This document shows, piece after piece, positions 19,288 through 28,707 of a stretch of DNA of 64,000 nucleotides. How positions within the stretch are numbered: position 1 is the stretch's first letter; each line of letters begins with the position of its first letter. A program made the position numbers and the translations under genes. Below the pieces are notes generated by a model. The model was not told where the DNA came from and did no database searches. It saw only the letters and a program-made list of their open reading frames with translations. This DNA is from an uncultured Boseongicola sp. (GTDB lineage: Bacteria; Actinomycetota; Acidimicrobiia; Spongiisociales; ZC4RG35), in contig CAXMMT010000031.1 in NCBI GenBank assembly GCA_964194555.1, positions 1,338 to 65,337 of the forward strand. The letters run 5' to 3'.

Positions 19288-20448
19288 ATGGAAGACACTG
19301 GCGCGCAACCTGAAGGTCCTACGCGCAAGCCATTCCTGGGGTTGAACGAGACGGCGGCCCGTCTCGGCCTCGCCATCTTCTTCCTTTACCTCTTCCTGGT
19401 CGGCGTCAAGTCGCTCGAGATAGGGATCAGCTCCTTCGGCGGAGACTTCGTCGATCAGGTCTTCTCCAACGTTGCAAACCCGATCGCCGGTCTTGCCGCG
19501 GGGGTCCTGGCGACTGTTCTGGTCCAATCATCCTCGGTCACCACCGCCACCATCGTTGGGCTGGTGGGGGCGGGAGTACTTCCCGTCGAATCCGCTGTAC
19601 CGATGGTGATGGGCGCCAACATCGGAACCACCGTCACCAACACTCTGGCCTCACTGGGCCATGTCAGACAGAGCGCCTACTTCCAACGGGCGTTCTCCGC
19701 AGCCACAGTCCACGACTACTTCAACCTCCTGAGCGTCGCAATTCTGCTTCCGCTCGAAGTGGCATTTGGTCTCATCTCGAGAATCGCAATCAGGTTTGCC
19801 GACCTCGTCGCAGGCATCCTTCCGGAAATCGGCTCAGGCTCCAGCCCGATCAAGTCCGCAATTGGGGCCCCGGTCTCGTGGATGGCCGAAACGATCGAGT
19901 CTCTCGGATGGTCCACAGCCGAAGGAGCCATTCTCCTAATCGTCGGAATGGGACTGATCTTCCTTGCCCTCTGGATGATCACCAGACAGATGAAGGCCGT
20001 GATGTCTGGGCGGATTGAAAACGCTATCAATGGAGTCCTCAGCAAGGGGGCCGGCGCGGGGGCGCTTCTCGCCGGGATGTTGATGACGATTGCCGTTCAA
20101 AGCTCTTCGATCACGACTTCAATCCTCGTTCCCCTTGTCGCAGCAGGTGTGCTGACGCTCCGGAACGCATTCCCTGTGACGTTGGGCGCCAACCTCGGAA
20201 CGACCGCGACAGCGCTCTTGGCGTCGATAGCCGCCGACTCCCCCGATGCCTTGGTCATCGCGCTCGCCCATGTGACGTTCAACGTACTGGGAATCCTCAT
20301 CTTCTACCCCTGGCCAAGGTTGAGAGGCATCCCGATCCTGCTGGCCGAGCGCACCGGAGAGGCCGCCGTGCGACACAAGTCGATCGTTGCCGCCTACGTC
20401 ATAGGTTTATTCATTTTGACCCCGATAGCCGTACTCTTGATCACGTAG
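19288..20448 (+). CDS. Na+/phosphate cotransporter family protein
   Basis: Duplicated Na/Pi motif: QSSSVTTATIVGLVGAG...GANIGTTVT and QSSSITTSILVPLVAAG...GANLGTTAT. Confidence 0.85.
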   Translation: MEDTGAQPEGPTRKPFLGLNETAARLGLAIFFLYLFLVGVKSLEIGISSFGGDFVDQVFSNVANPIAGLAAGVLATVLVQSSSVTTATIVGLVGAGVLPVESAVPMVMGANIGTTVTNTLASLGHVRQSAYFQRAFSAATVHDYFNLLSVAILLPLEVAFGLISRIAIRFADLVAGILPEIGSGSSPIKSAIGAPVSWMAETIESLGWSTAEGAILLIVGMGLIFLALWMITRQMKAVMSGRIENAINGVLSKGAGAGALLAGMLMTIAVQSSSITTSILVPLVAAGVLTLRNAFPVTLGANLGTTATALLASIAADSPDALVIALAHVTFNVLGILIFYPWPRLRGIPILLAERTGEAAVRHKSIVAAYVIGLFILTPIAVLLIT

Positions 20449-20460
20449 GAAGGCGAAGCG

Positions 20461-21129
20461 ATGTTCTCCATTTTCAGAGATTCCGATCAGCTCGAGACTG
20501 TTGAGCAGCAACTAGTCGAGATGTTGACCAACTGCCAGGACACGTTCCGTCTTGCCACCGCTGCTGTGTTCGGCGAGATGGACGTGACCGAGGCAGGTGA
20601 TCTGCTGGACGCTGTCGACAAGAACCTCAACAGAACCGAGCGTGCCATCAGAAGAGAGTTGCTCGTCCACGGAACCGTGAGAGGCACCGAGGTCGACCAG
20701 GGCCTGATGCTCACATACATGTCGGTCGCGAAGGACATTGAGCGCATCGGCGATTACTGCAAGAACATCTGGAACCTCGCTCAGATGGGAGTCAACCTCT
20801 CAGGCGGTTTCGACAACGACGAGCTGACAAAGCACTGCGAAAGAGTTGCCGACCTGATCAAAGCGGCTCTTGACGCCTTCGCCGAGCAGGACGCCGAGAA
20901 AGTTCACAAGCTGATACCGGGCATCAAGGACGACGCCCAGCACTATGACCGACATCTCATCGAATTCGTCAACTCCGATTTGCCTGGAAGCGTGGCTGCG
21001 CCAAGGGCACTGTTCTACCGGTATATCAAGAGAATCAGCGCCCATCTCGCCAATGTCCTGTCCTCGGTGGTGATGCCGGTCGACCGTCTCGACTTCTACA
21101 AGAAGTCAAAGGCAATCGACACCGAGTAG
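20461..21129 (+). CDS. PhoU-domain protein
   Basis: 222 aa, helical. Contains the PhoU-type motif AKDIERIGDYCKNI. Directly downstream of the Na/Pi transporter; the two are often fused in other bacteria. Confidence 0.75.
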   Translation: MFSIFRDSDQLETVEQQLVEMLTNCQDTFRLATAAVFGEMDVTEAGDLLDAVDKNLNRTERAIRRELLVHGTVRGTEVDQGLMLTYMSVAKDIERIGDYCKNIWNLAQMGVNLSGGFDNDELTKHCERVADLIKAALDAFAEQDAEKVHKLIPGIKDDAQHYDRHLIEFVNSDLPGSVAAPRALFYRYIKRISAHLANVLSSVVMPVDRLDFYKKSKAIDTE

Positions 21130-21153
21130 ACCCGACCGGAGCAGGAAGCCACG

Positions 21154-21711
21154 ATGCGGTTAGGGATCGACCTCGATGGGGTGGTAGCCAACTTCACCCA
21201 GGGGTGGATGAACTTCTACAACCGTGACTTCGGCACCAGTCTGGTGTTGGAGGACTCGCAGAACTGGGGCGATCTGGTGGGCCTCACCCATTTCAAGCAC
21301 ATCAACGAGTTCTGGGAGTGGTCATCGGACCTCGACGGACACTCGGTATTCTGGCATCTCGACACCTTCCCGGGCGCCGTCGAGGCGATACGAAGTCTCG
21401 TCGACGAAGAGCATCAGATCGTCATCATCACCACCAAGCCCGACTTCGCCGTGAACGACACCTACGAATGGCTCGAGCGACACCGAATTCCTGCAGCCGA
21501 GGTCCACATCCTCGAAGACAAGTGGCTGATCGACTGCGAGGTCTACCTGGATGATGGCCCCCACGTGCTCCCCGGGTTGGTCGAGCACAGGGCCGATCGC
21601 ACAGTCTGCAGATACGTTCGCCCCTGGAACAGTCCTGTTGACGGGGTCGTCGATGTCCACGACTTTGATGAGTTTCGCGATGTCGTCGATCAGCTGACAA
21701 AGCCCTCGTAA
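21154..21711 (+). CDS. 5'(3')-deoxyribonucleotidase-like HAD phosphatase (NT5C family)
   Basis: MRLGIDLDGVVANF (DxDxV motif I) and a later ITTKP motif. 185 aa. Confidence 0.7.
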   Translation: MRLGIDLDGVVANFTQGWMNFYNRDFGTSLVLEDSQNWGDLVGLTHFKHINEFWEWSSDLDGHSVFWHLDTFPGAVEAIRSLVDEEHQIVIITTKPDFAVNDTYEWLERHRIPAAEVHILEDKWLIDCEVYLDDGPHVLPGLVEHRADRTVCRYVRPWNSPVDGVVDVHDFDEFRDVVDQLTKPS

Positions 21712-21772
21712 TCGCGGCTACGCTCGCCTCGGTGTCCAGCGGACGCCCACTGGAATTAGGAGGAAACCAGAC

Positions 21773-22888
21773 ATGAAACGAAGAGCCCTTTGGGCCCTCT
21801 TGGCCGTCTTTGCTCTCGTCGTTGCGGCTTGTGGCGACGGGGATGCGGCCGACACGACTGAGGCGGCACCGGCAACGACCGAAGCGGCCCCCGATACGAC
21901 AGAACCTGCCCCGGAACCAACAACGACCGAGGCAATGGCCGCGATCGGAAGTGAGGAGCACCCGATCCAGGTGCTGTTCGTGCCTTCTGTGTCCGCCGAG
22001 GAGATCATCGCCGGCGGTGAGTTGCTCGATGCGACACTCGAGGCGGAAACCGGCCTCACGTTCGAAGTGAGCGTTGGATCCTCGTACGCCGCTGTCATCG
22101 AAGAGATGTGTGCATCGCCCGACGACACCATCGGATTTATTCCAGCTCAGGCCTATGTTCTCGGTAGCGATCTCTGTGGTATCGAGGTGTCCCTGAAGTC
22201 ATTGCGCTTCGGCTACACCGAGTACTGGACCCAGTTCATCGTGGCTCGTGATTCGGACATTCAGAGTGTCGAGGACCTGAACGGGAAGACATGGGCCTAC
22301 CCGGAGACCACTTCGACCTCCGGTTTCCTGGTCCCGAGCGGCATCTTTGCAACGCTGGGCATTGTGCCAAGTGAGTCATTCGAGGCGGGTGGCCATAGTG
22401 CTACTGCGCAAGCGATCTACGATGGTTCTGCCGACTTCGGCACCACCTTCTTCTCGCCTGCGATCGACTCCGAAGATACTCCGTTGTGGGACGGCGATCC
22501 GGCCAACGCGGATGTACCCGACGATCTTGTCGAGGCCTGCGCTCTGGACGCCGACGGTCAGATCGTCTGTGGAGACAACTTCTACCCGCGGGACGCCCGT
22601 CGCAACATTCGGGAAGGCGCACCGGATGTCATCCAGAAGGTCAGAATCGTCACGCTGTCGGCTCCGATTCCGAACGACACTCTTTCCTACGGACCGGAAG
22701 TCTCCGATGATCTTCAGACCATCATCAACGATGCTCTGCAGACATTCGCTGAGGACGACCCAGAAGGATTCGCGGAAGCCTTCGATGCCTATTCGTGGTC
22801 GGGTGTTACGGAAACCACAGATTCCGAATTCGACTCGATCCGGGCGCTGCTAGATGCGCTTGGATTCAGCATCGACGATCTGGGCTAG
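21773..22888 (+). CDS. phnD: phosphonate/phosphite ABC transporter substrate-binding lipoprotein
   Basis: Lipobox LVVAAC, a TTEAAP-rich linker, then a PhnD-like core (IQVLFVPS...SYAAVIEEM...IGFIPAQAYV...YWTQFIVARDS...TSTSGFLVP). Confidence 0.85.
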   Translation: MKRRALWALLAVFALVVAACGDGDAADTTEAAPATTEAAPDTTEPAPEPTTTEAMAAIGSEEHPIQVLFVPSVSAEEIIAGGELLDATLEAETGLTFEVSVGSSYAAVIEEMCASPDDTIGFIPAQAYVLGSDLCGIEVSLKSLRFGYTEYWTQFIVARDSDIQSVEDLNGKTWAYPETTSTSGFLVPSGIFATLGIVPSESFEAGGHSATAQAIYDGSADFGTTFFSPAIDSEDTPLWDGDPANADVPDDLVEACALDADGQIVCGDNFYPRDARRNIREGAPDVIQKVRIVTLSAPIPNDTLSYGPEVSDDLQTIINDALQTFAEDDPEGFAEAFDAYSWSGVTETTDSEFDSIRALLDALGFSIDDLG

Positions 22889-22907
22889 TAGCGCAGGGAT
22901 GATCAAA

Positions 22908-22947
22908 CCGAAAAGGTGGGGCTTGCCGGCCCCACCTTTTCGGTATT
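22908..22947 (+). terminator. rho-independent terminator after phnD
   Basis: Perfect 15-bp stem CCGAAAAGGTGGGGC-ttgccg-GCCCCACCTTTTCGG followed by TATT. Confidence 0.8.
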
Positions 22948-22953
22948 GGGAAC

Positions 22954-23706
22954 ATGCTTCAGGTTGAGCACTTAACCAAGGTCTACGAGAACGGAACCGT
23001 CGCTCTCGAGGATGTCAGCTTCACGCTGCCGGATGGTCAATTCATGGCTGTCATCGGTCTGTCAGGATCCGGCAAATCGACCCTTCTTCGCTGCATAAAT
23101 CGGCTGGTCGAGCCGACCGAAGGCCGCATCCTCTGGCATGGAATCGACGTCACGGCAGCCGGCCAGGAGGAATTGCGACGCATCCGCCGTCGAATCGGCA
23201 TGGTCTTCCAGCACTTCAACCTGGTCAATCGGTCAAAGGTCTCAACGAATGTCCTCGCCGGCCGTCTTGGATATACAAACCCCGCATTGAGCATGCTCAA
23301 CCACTTCGAGCAAGCCGACCGGGATAAAGCGATGAAGGTGCTGGACAGAGTCGAACTCGTTGAGAAGTCCGACTCGCTTGCGTCGGAACTCTCCGGTGGC
23401 CAGCAGCAGAGAGTAGGCATTGCCCGCGCCTTGATGCAGGACCCGGAGATCATGCTCGCCGACGAACCGGTTGCCAGTCTCGACCCGGTTTTGGCTCACT
23501 CCATCATGCAGCACCTCGAGTCGATCAACAAAGACGACGGCGTCACCGTGCTTTGTTCGCTCCATTTCCTCGACCTCGTCCATCGATACTCAAATCGGGC
23601 AATAGCCCTCTTCGACGGCAAGCTTGTTTACGACGGGCTACCCGCCGACATCGACGACGAGAGGTTCAAGGACATTTACGGCCACGAGGCAGAGCGAATT
23701 GGCTGA
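22954..23706 (+). CDS. phnC: phosphonate ABC transporter ATP-binding protein
   Basis: Walker A GLSGSGKST, LRCINRL, signature LSGGQQQRV and Walker B MLADEP. Confidence 0.9.
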   Translation: MLQVEHLTKVYENGTVALEDVSFTLPDGQFMAVIGLSGSGKSTLLRCINRLVEPTEGRILWHGIDVTAAGQEELRRIRRRIGMVFQHFNLVNRSKVSTNVLAGRLGYTNPALSMLNHFEQADRDKAMKVLDRVELVEKSDSLASELSGGQQQRVGIARALMQDPEIMLADEPVASLDPVLAHSIMQHLESINKDDGVTVLCSLHFLDLVHRYSNRAIALFDGKLVYDGLPADIDDERFKDIYGHEAERIG

Positions 23707-25897
23707 GCCCAGACGATCGCGTCGTCGACTCTACATTGTCCTCGGCATCGTCACCGCCATCGTCATCTACGGCCTGGCCGTGGAGAGAACGGGTGTCAGC
23801 CTCGATGAGATCACGTCAGAGTCACGTCAAACCCAACTTGTCAGGATTATTCGGGCACTGGCCCGCCCCGAGTTGGTCACCTACGACTTCGAGAACGCCA
23901 ACACCGACGTCGAATTCTTCATCCCCTGCCAGGAAGATGGGAACGACCGCCCGACCACCACCGACGGTGTGACAGTGACGCCCGGCTGTGGCGAACCTGA
24001 GCAGATTGTGACAGTCCAGGGCAGCCGTTTCGAACCGTTTGCCGAAGGTCGAATCCAGTTCATCCCCGACTCAGAGTTCGAGGTGACACTACCGATGGGG
24101 TTATTCCAGGCCGACGGAAATGGTCACTTCTCGCTCGACCTCGAGCTTCCTGACCGGCCGTCGAACAACCCTCAGATCATCAGGGTCCAAGTACCCCAAC
24201 GGCTAGGAACCTGGACGAACCGGGAGGAAGTCTGGACCGACACCAACGAGAACGGTGTCATCGATGCCGGAATCCTCATAGAAGGCGGACTGGAGGTGAC
24301 AGTAGAGGGCGTACACGTCGATACCCCTGCCGCCGCCCTCCTGGACGCCACTGCCCAGGTGGCCGAGTTCGTCACCACTGGCGACCCGATCATCGCTGTG
24401 GACGGTCCGGCGCGCGGCCTCACCACCGACCCGATCGGAGAGAGCCACAGTGAGATCACGATCACCGAGCTGACGGTTCAGACAACATCGATCCTGATCA
24501 GGATTGAGGGACCGGAGGGAACAGACATTTCTCGGTGGCGAGTCGCCATATATGAAGGCACGACGGGCGAGGTCATCGGAACCAGTTTTCTCGGCGACCA
24601 GATCGAGCTCTCTCCGCGTGTCTCGGAGCAGACCAAGCTCACCACCGAGAAGATCATCGACACTGTCTTCCTTGCTCTGCTTGCCACAACCATCGGACTA
24701 TCGGTCGCCTTGCCGTTGAGCTTCATCGCCGCACGCAACCTGATGAAAGATGTTTCCACAACGGTAATCGGGTTAGGTCTCGGACTGCTGGCGATCCCGG
24801 CTGGTGTGGCCCTAGGGGCGGCCTACATCAGTCTGCAGAGGCTCATTCTAGGAGACCTCATCAACCAGAACCTCGTGCGTTTCATCCTCGTTGCCCTCGG
24901 CGGATTAGCCACGTTCCTCCTTGTCCGGCAGATCTTCCTGGGTTCCGAAACCAGGTCCACCCTTGTGAGGACGGCTCGAGCTTTGGCATCCATGATCGCG
25001 GTTTCTCTCGCCCTCGAGGGTCTGTTCGCACTCCTCACTCAGGGCGGCAACGCCCTCAGTGAGGCATTCGGAGTATTCGATTTCGTCCCCGGGCTTTTCG
25101 CCACGATAGGCGAGGTCGGAACCGTCCTTCTCCCCTTCCTGACAGGCTTGATCGGCGCCTCGATCGTTCTTGGACTGGCCAGCAGGACGGCGTTCTGGCT
25201 CAATATCCATGAGAGAGCCGGTTTGCGGGCCGTGACAGGATTCGTTGTGATGGCTCTGGGCGGAGCCGTGGTCGGGATTCTCATTGGCGCCGCGATCGGT
25301 TGGCTCTATCAGATCGCCAATCCGCTCGCCACGTTCGTCGTGCCGGCCATCTTCGGTACCCTATTCGGCCTGTTCATTGCGGAACGAGGCCGCCGTCGTG
25401 GAGAGATCAAGATCGGGCTGACCGTCTACTACATCGCTCGTACCATTTTCAACACCCTGCGTTCGATCGAGCCCCTGGTAATGGTGATCGTTTTTGTCGT
25501 GTGGGTTGGGTTCGGGGAGTTCGCCGGTGCTCTGGCTCTGGCGCTTCATACGGCCGCTTCACTGGCCAAACTCTATTCCGAGCAGGTTGAATCGATCTCG
25601 GAGGGCCCGATGGAAGCAGTACGCGCTACGGGGGCTACCCGACTCCAAACAATCATCTATGCGGTGGTACCCCAGATCGTTCCGCCTTACATCTCGTTCA
25701 CGATGTATCGCTGGGATATCAACGTCCGCATGTCGACCATCCTTGGGTTTGCCGGTGGTGGCGGAATCGGGTTTCTTCTTCAGCAGAACATCCAGCTGGG
25801 GGATTATCGGGCAGCGTCGGTGCAGATGTTGGCTATCGCCATAGTGGTTGCGTCCATGGACTACACGTCGTCGAAGCTGCGTGAACGGTTCGTCTGA
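23699..25897 (+). CDS. phnE: atypically large PhnE-type ABC permease with an approximately 260-aa extracytoplasmic insert
   Basis: The C-terminus is classic PhnE (EAVRATGATRLQTIIYAVVPQIVPPYISFTMYRWDINVRMSTILGFAGGGGIG). The N-terminal third is one TM helix followed by a soluble, beta-rich region. Start is either the TTG at 23699 (GAGG RBS, 8-nt overlap with phnC) or the TTG at 23624. Confidence 0.75.
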   Translation: MAEPRRSRRRLYIVLGIVTAIVIYGLAVERTGVSLDEITSESRQTQLVRIIRALARPELVTYDFENANTDVEFFIPCQEDGNDRPTTTDGVTVTPGCGEPEQIVTVQGSRFEPFAEGRIQFIPDSEFEVTLPMGLFQADGNGHFSLDLELPDRPSNNPQIIRVQVPQRLGTWTNREEVWTDTNENGVIDAGILIEGGLEVTVEGVHVDTPAAALLDATAQVAEFVTTGDPIIAVDGPARGLTTDPIGESHSEITITELTVQTTSILIRIEGPEGTDISRWRVAIYEGTTGEVIGTSFLGDQIELSPRVSEQTKLTTEKIIDTVFLALLATTIGLSVALPLSFIAARNLMKDVSTTVIGLGLGLLAIPAGVALGAAYISLQRLILGDLINQNLVRFILVALGGLATFLLVRQIFLGSETRSTLVRTARALASMIAVSLALEGLFALLTQGGNALSEAFGVFDFVPGLFATIGEVGTVLLPFLTGLIGASIVLGLASRTAFWLNIHERAGLRAVTGFVVMALGGAVVGILIGAAIGWLYQIANPLATFVVPAIFGTLFGLFIAERGRRRGEIKIGLTVYYIARTIFNTLRSIEPLVMVIVFVVWVGFGEFAGALALALHTAASLAKLYSEQVESISEGPMEAVRATGATRLQTIIYAVVPQIVPPYISFTMYRWDINVRMSTILGFAGGGGIGFLLQQNIQLGDYRAASVQMLAIAIVVASMDYTSSKLRERFV

Positions 25898-25911
25898 GCA
25901 GAACCGTAGGC

Positions 25912-26922
25912 TTGAACGCAATGGATCCAATGCTGCGGCGGACCCGCGAGGATCGCGAGCGTCTAGAGCACGAGCTACTCGCTCCGGCGGCAACCAAAGC
26001 CGACCAGACCAAAGGTCGGGAGGAGCACGAGGATGCGGACGAGTTTCGGACGGCCTACGAGCGAGACCGGGATCGAATCGTTCATGCCAAGGCGTTCCGG
26101 CGTCTCAAGCACAAGACTCAGGTCTTCCTCAACCCCGATGGGGATCACTTCGTCACCCGAATGACCCACACCATTCAGGTGACCCAGGTGGGACGGGCCA
26201 TGGCGAGTGCGCTGGGGTTGAACGAGGACCTGACCGAGGCCATATGCCTGGCCCACGATGTGGGTCACTCGCCGTTCGGTCACACCGGGGAGGATGCCCT
26301 GACTCCCTTCGTCGATGGCGAATGGCTGCATGCGATACACGGTGTCCGCACCTTGTCGCTGCTCGAACCACTGAACCTCACCGATGAGGTTCTGGACGGA
26401 GTGAGAGCACACACCTGGAAGATCGACCCGCCACCGGAAACGCCCGAAGGCCTGCTGTGCCGGTACGCCGACCGCATCGCCTACCTGACTCATGACGTAT
26501 CCGACGCCCTCCGTGCCGGGGTGATCGAATACCACGAGATCCCTACGGCCACCCTGACCACGTTCGGCGCCACCTCGAGGGAGTGGATAAGCGCCATGGC
26601 AACGTCGGTGATCGAGACCAGTCACCGGTTGGGACGTGTCGAGATGGAACCCCGTCATCTCGAGGTCATGGGCCAGCTTCGGGACTTCATGTTCGAGCGT
26701 GTCTATCTGAGCAGAGAGGTCGAGGCTCAGAAAGAGAAGGCGATTCTGATCATTCAGGATCTTGTCCGGTACTACTCGGAGAACGCACAAGAGGTCCCCG
26801 ACTCATATACGGTGCCGGGCGCCGAACCACTCACCCGGGCCGTCGACTATGTGGCAGGCATGACCGATCGTTTCGCCGTGAACACCCACGACCGCCTCTA
26901 TCGCCCCACCCTGCTCGACTAA
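25912..26922 (+). CDS. dGTPase-like HD-domain triphosphohydrolase
   Basis: FRTAYERDRDRIVHAKAFRRLKHKTQVF...DHFVTRMTHTIQVTQV and LAHDVGHSPFGHTGE. Confidence 0.85.
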   Translation: MNAMDPMLRRTREDRERLEHELLAPAATKADQTKGREEHEDADEFRTAYERDRDRIVHAKAFRRLKHKTQVFLNPDGDHFVTRMTHTIQVTQVGRAMASALGLNEDLTEAICLAHDVGHSPFGHTGEDALTPFVDGEWLHAIHGVRTLSLLEPLNLTDEVLDGVRAHTWKIDPPPETPEGLLCRYADRIAYLTHDVSDALRAGVIEYHEIPTATLTTFGATSREWISAMATSVIETSHRLGRVEMEPRHLEVMGQLRDFMFERVYLSREVEAQKEKAILIIQDLVRYYSENAQEVPDSYTVPGAEPLTRAVDYVAGMTDRFAVNTHDRLYRPTLLD

Positions 26923-26927
26923 ACCGT

Positions 26928-26975
26928 TTACCTGAGGTAGTTAGGCCCATATCCGGGCTTAACTACCTCAGGTAA
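26928..26975. terminator. 21-bp-stem hairpin between the convergent dGTPase-like gene and the signal peptidase
   Basis: TTACCTGAGGTAGTTAGGCCC-atatcc-GGGCTTAACTACCTCAGGTAA: 20 Watson-Crick pairs plus one G-T. The right arm includes the last 4 codons and the stop of the signal peptidase gene. Confidence 0.7.
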
Positions 26976-27556
26976 CGAGACAGGTGACGACCGCGCCGTC
27001 GCCGGAACGACTTTCCATCTTGGGGGTCCGGCCACAACAGGAGACCCGCGGCGAGACCCCCCAAGGCTGCGATGAGCAACCACGACCTCATGACCGCGAG
27101 AACGCGACCGCCCACAGGGATCCAGAGCTTGGCCACTCCCAACACATCAGAATTGGCCAGCTTCCAGTTGTCGGGGCTAATGCTGTTGTCACCTTGGGTT
27201 ACCCACCCCGTTCCATCTCCGCCGATCACTCTGTGGATTATCGGATTTCCAGCCCCTGTCTGCCCTTCGGGAACTCGGAAAAGAATCACGTCACCAAGAT
27301 GCACGGGCTCTCGCCAGGTGACCACCGCATCACCCAGGGCGAACGTTGGCTCCATCGAGTTGCCGGCGACGATCACCATGCCAAATCGCCCGCCAAACGA
27401 CGCGGGCCAAAGGACCAGAAGAAGACAGACGACAAGCATCGACTGAAAGAAGGCCACCGGGTCGAGTCTCTGTGTGACCCGACCCGCCACACTCCCTGGA
27501 TCAATGTGACGTCCGGGAGAGGCTGTGCGACTGCGGGGAAGCGTCAGGCTGGTCAT
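26963..27556 (-). CDS. signal peptidase I, SipW/eukaryal-archaeal (S26B) type
   Basis: One TM helix, then VVAGNSMEPTF (catalytic Ser), IIHRV (His) and TQGDN. Start placed at the ATG at 27556, which forms an ATGA overlap with the upstream small ORF; the track start is 27589. Confidence 0.8.
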   Translation of the reverse strand: MTSLTLPRSRTASPGRHIDPGSVAGRVTQRLDPVAFFQSMLVVCLLLVLWPASFGGRFGMVIVAGNSMEPTFALGDAVVTWREPVHLGDVILFRVPEGQTGAGNPIIHRVIGGDGTGWVTQGDNSISPDNWKLANSDVLGVAKLWIPVGGRVLAVMRSWLLIAALGGLAAGLLLWPDPQDGKSFRRRRGRHLSRYLR

Positions 27557-27795
27557 GGCACCAACCCCTCCACCTGGAACCAGGCCCACCGGCTACGCCG
27601 GTCGAAGTCGGATTCCATGCCGAACCGTGTGTTGGAGCCGAAAGCGTTCAGTTCCCCTGCCGACATCGTGTGTGTCGCGACAAACGTTCCGTTGGCGTAG
27701 ATGTTGATGCTGGGCTTGTAGCCGAGCCAGCACCGGTCTGACCGCTCTTTGCGGATGCCGTTACGTGGCCTGGGGACACGTTTCTGCACACGCAT
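27553..27795 (-). CDS. hypothetical small basic protein (80 aa) translationally coupled to the signal peptidase
   Basis: MRVQKRVPRPRNGIRKERSDRCWLGYKPSINIYANGTFVATHTMSAGELNAFGSNTRFGMESDF... High GC3, with GGAGAGG 14 nt upstream of the ATG. No signal peptide. Only the 3' part of track ORF 27553..28092 is kept, because the rest overlaps a bona fide ABC ATPase N-terminus. Confidence 0.4.
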   Translation of the reverse strand: MRVQKRVPRPRNGIRKERSDRCWLGYKPSINIYANGTFVATHTMSAGELNAFGSNTRFGMESDFDRRSRWAWFQVEGLVP

Positions 27796-27819
27796 TATCG
27801 AGGTAGCCTCTCCGGTCCC

Positions 27820-28707
27820 GTGCTCTCGATCCGTGACCTTCACAAAAGCTTTGGCAGCATCGTCGCGCTCGATGGCTGTGGGTTCGACGTTCCCCGGGGT
27901 CGAATGCTCGGATTCCTCGGACCCAACGGCGCCGGCAAGACCACGACGATGCGGGCCCTTTTTGGGCTGGTTCGACCCGACTCCGGCACGACCAAATGGG
28001 ACGACAAGCCGATAGGCCATCGCGAGCGACTCCGATTTGGGTACATGCCCGAGGAGCGTGGCCTCTACCCGAAGATGAAGGCCCATGACCAACTTTCCTA
28101 CCTCGGTCGACTACACGGTCAGACCAAGGCCAAGGCATCCGAGGCCGCTGATTACTGGCTGAATCGGCTCGGGCTGACGGAGCGGAGTACCGACCCGATC
28201 GAAGCCCTTTCACACGGCAACCAGCAGCGAGTACAACTGGCGGCGGCTCTGGTTCACGACCCTGACCTTTTGGTACTTGACGAACCGTTCGCCGGGCTCG
28301 ATCCCATCGCGGTCGAGACAATGTCGGACGCGCTGCGTGAACAGGCGGCGAATGGCAAAGCGGTCGTCTTCAGCTCTCACCAACTCGACCTGGTCGAAGA
28401 TCTTTGTGAAGACGTGGTGATAATCAACGAAGGCCGCGTGGTGGTCGAGGGTCGTGTAACCAGCCTGAAGGACGCCTCGCCGATTCGACACCTGGAACTC
28501 GAGGTTGACGGGGACGCGGATACGCTGCTCAAAACCCTGAGCGGTGTCCGCAGCACAGAGTTCGACGGAACACGCCACACCGTTCTCATTGATGCCGACA
28601 GCGACCTCCGGGGTTTCCTCGCGCGCGCTCAGGACGCCGGCCGACTCCGGCATTTCTCCTACACGACTCCATCTCTCACCGACCTCTTCCGGGAGGCAGT
28701 GCGATGA
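27820..28707 (+). CDS. ABC transporter ATP-binding protein (ABC-2/NatA-like)
   Basis: Walker A GPNGAGKTT, signature LSHGNQQRV and Walker B LVLDEP. Confidence 0.9.
   Translation: MLSIRDLHKSFGSIVALDGCGFDVPRGRMLGFLGPNGAGKTTTMRALFGLVRPDSGTTKWDDKPIGHRERLRFGYMPEERGLYPKMKAHDQLSYLGRLHGQTKAKASEAADYWLNRLGLTERSTDPIEALSHGNQQRVQLAAALVHDPDLLVLDEPFAGLDPIAVETMSDALREQAANGKAVVFSSHQLDLVEDLCEDVVIINEGRVVVEGRVTSLKDASPIRHLELEVDGDADTLLKTLSGVRSTEFDGTRHTVLIDADSDLRGFLARAQDAGRLRHFSYTTPSLTDLFREAVR

Noticed and set aside
26970-26986. GTAACG-agaca-GGTGAC, and further GTAACG hexamers inside coding regions (7631, 35262, 60545; 27761 on the minus strand)
   Set aside because: They lie inside genes or in the terminator arm. 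They lack the second repeat and -10 arrangement and are not followed by a start codon.
27796-28092. 5' extension of the minus-strand ORF 27553..28092 (179 aa)
   Set aside because: It overlaps the well-formed N-terminus (Walker A region) of the plus-strand ABC ATPase that starts at 27820. Only the 3' 80 codons, from the ATG at 27795, are kept as a tentative gene.
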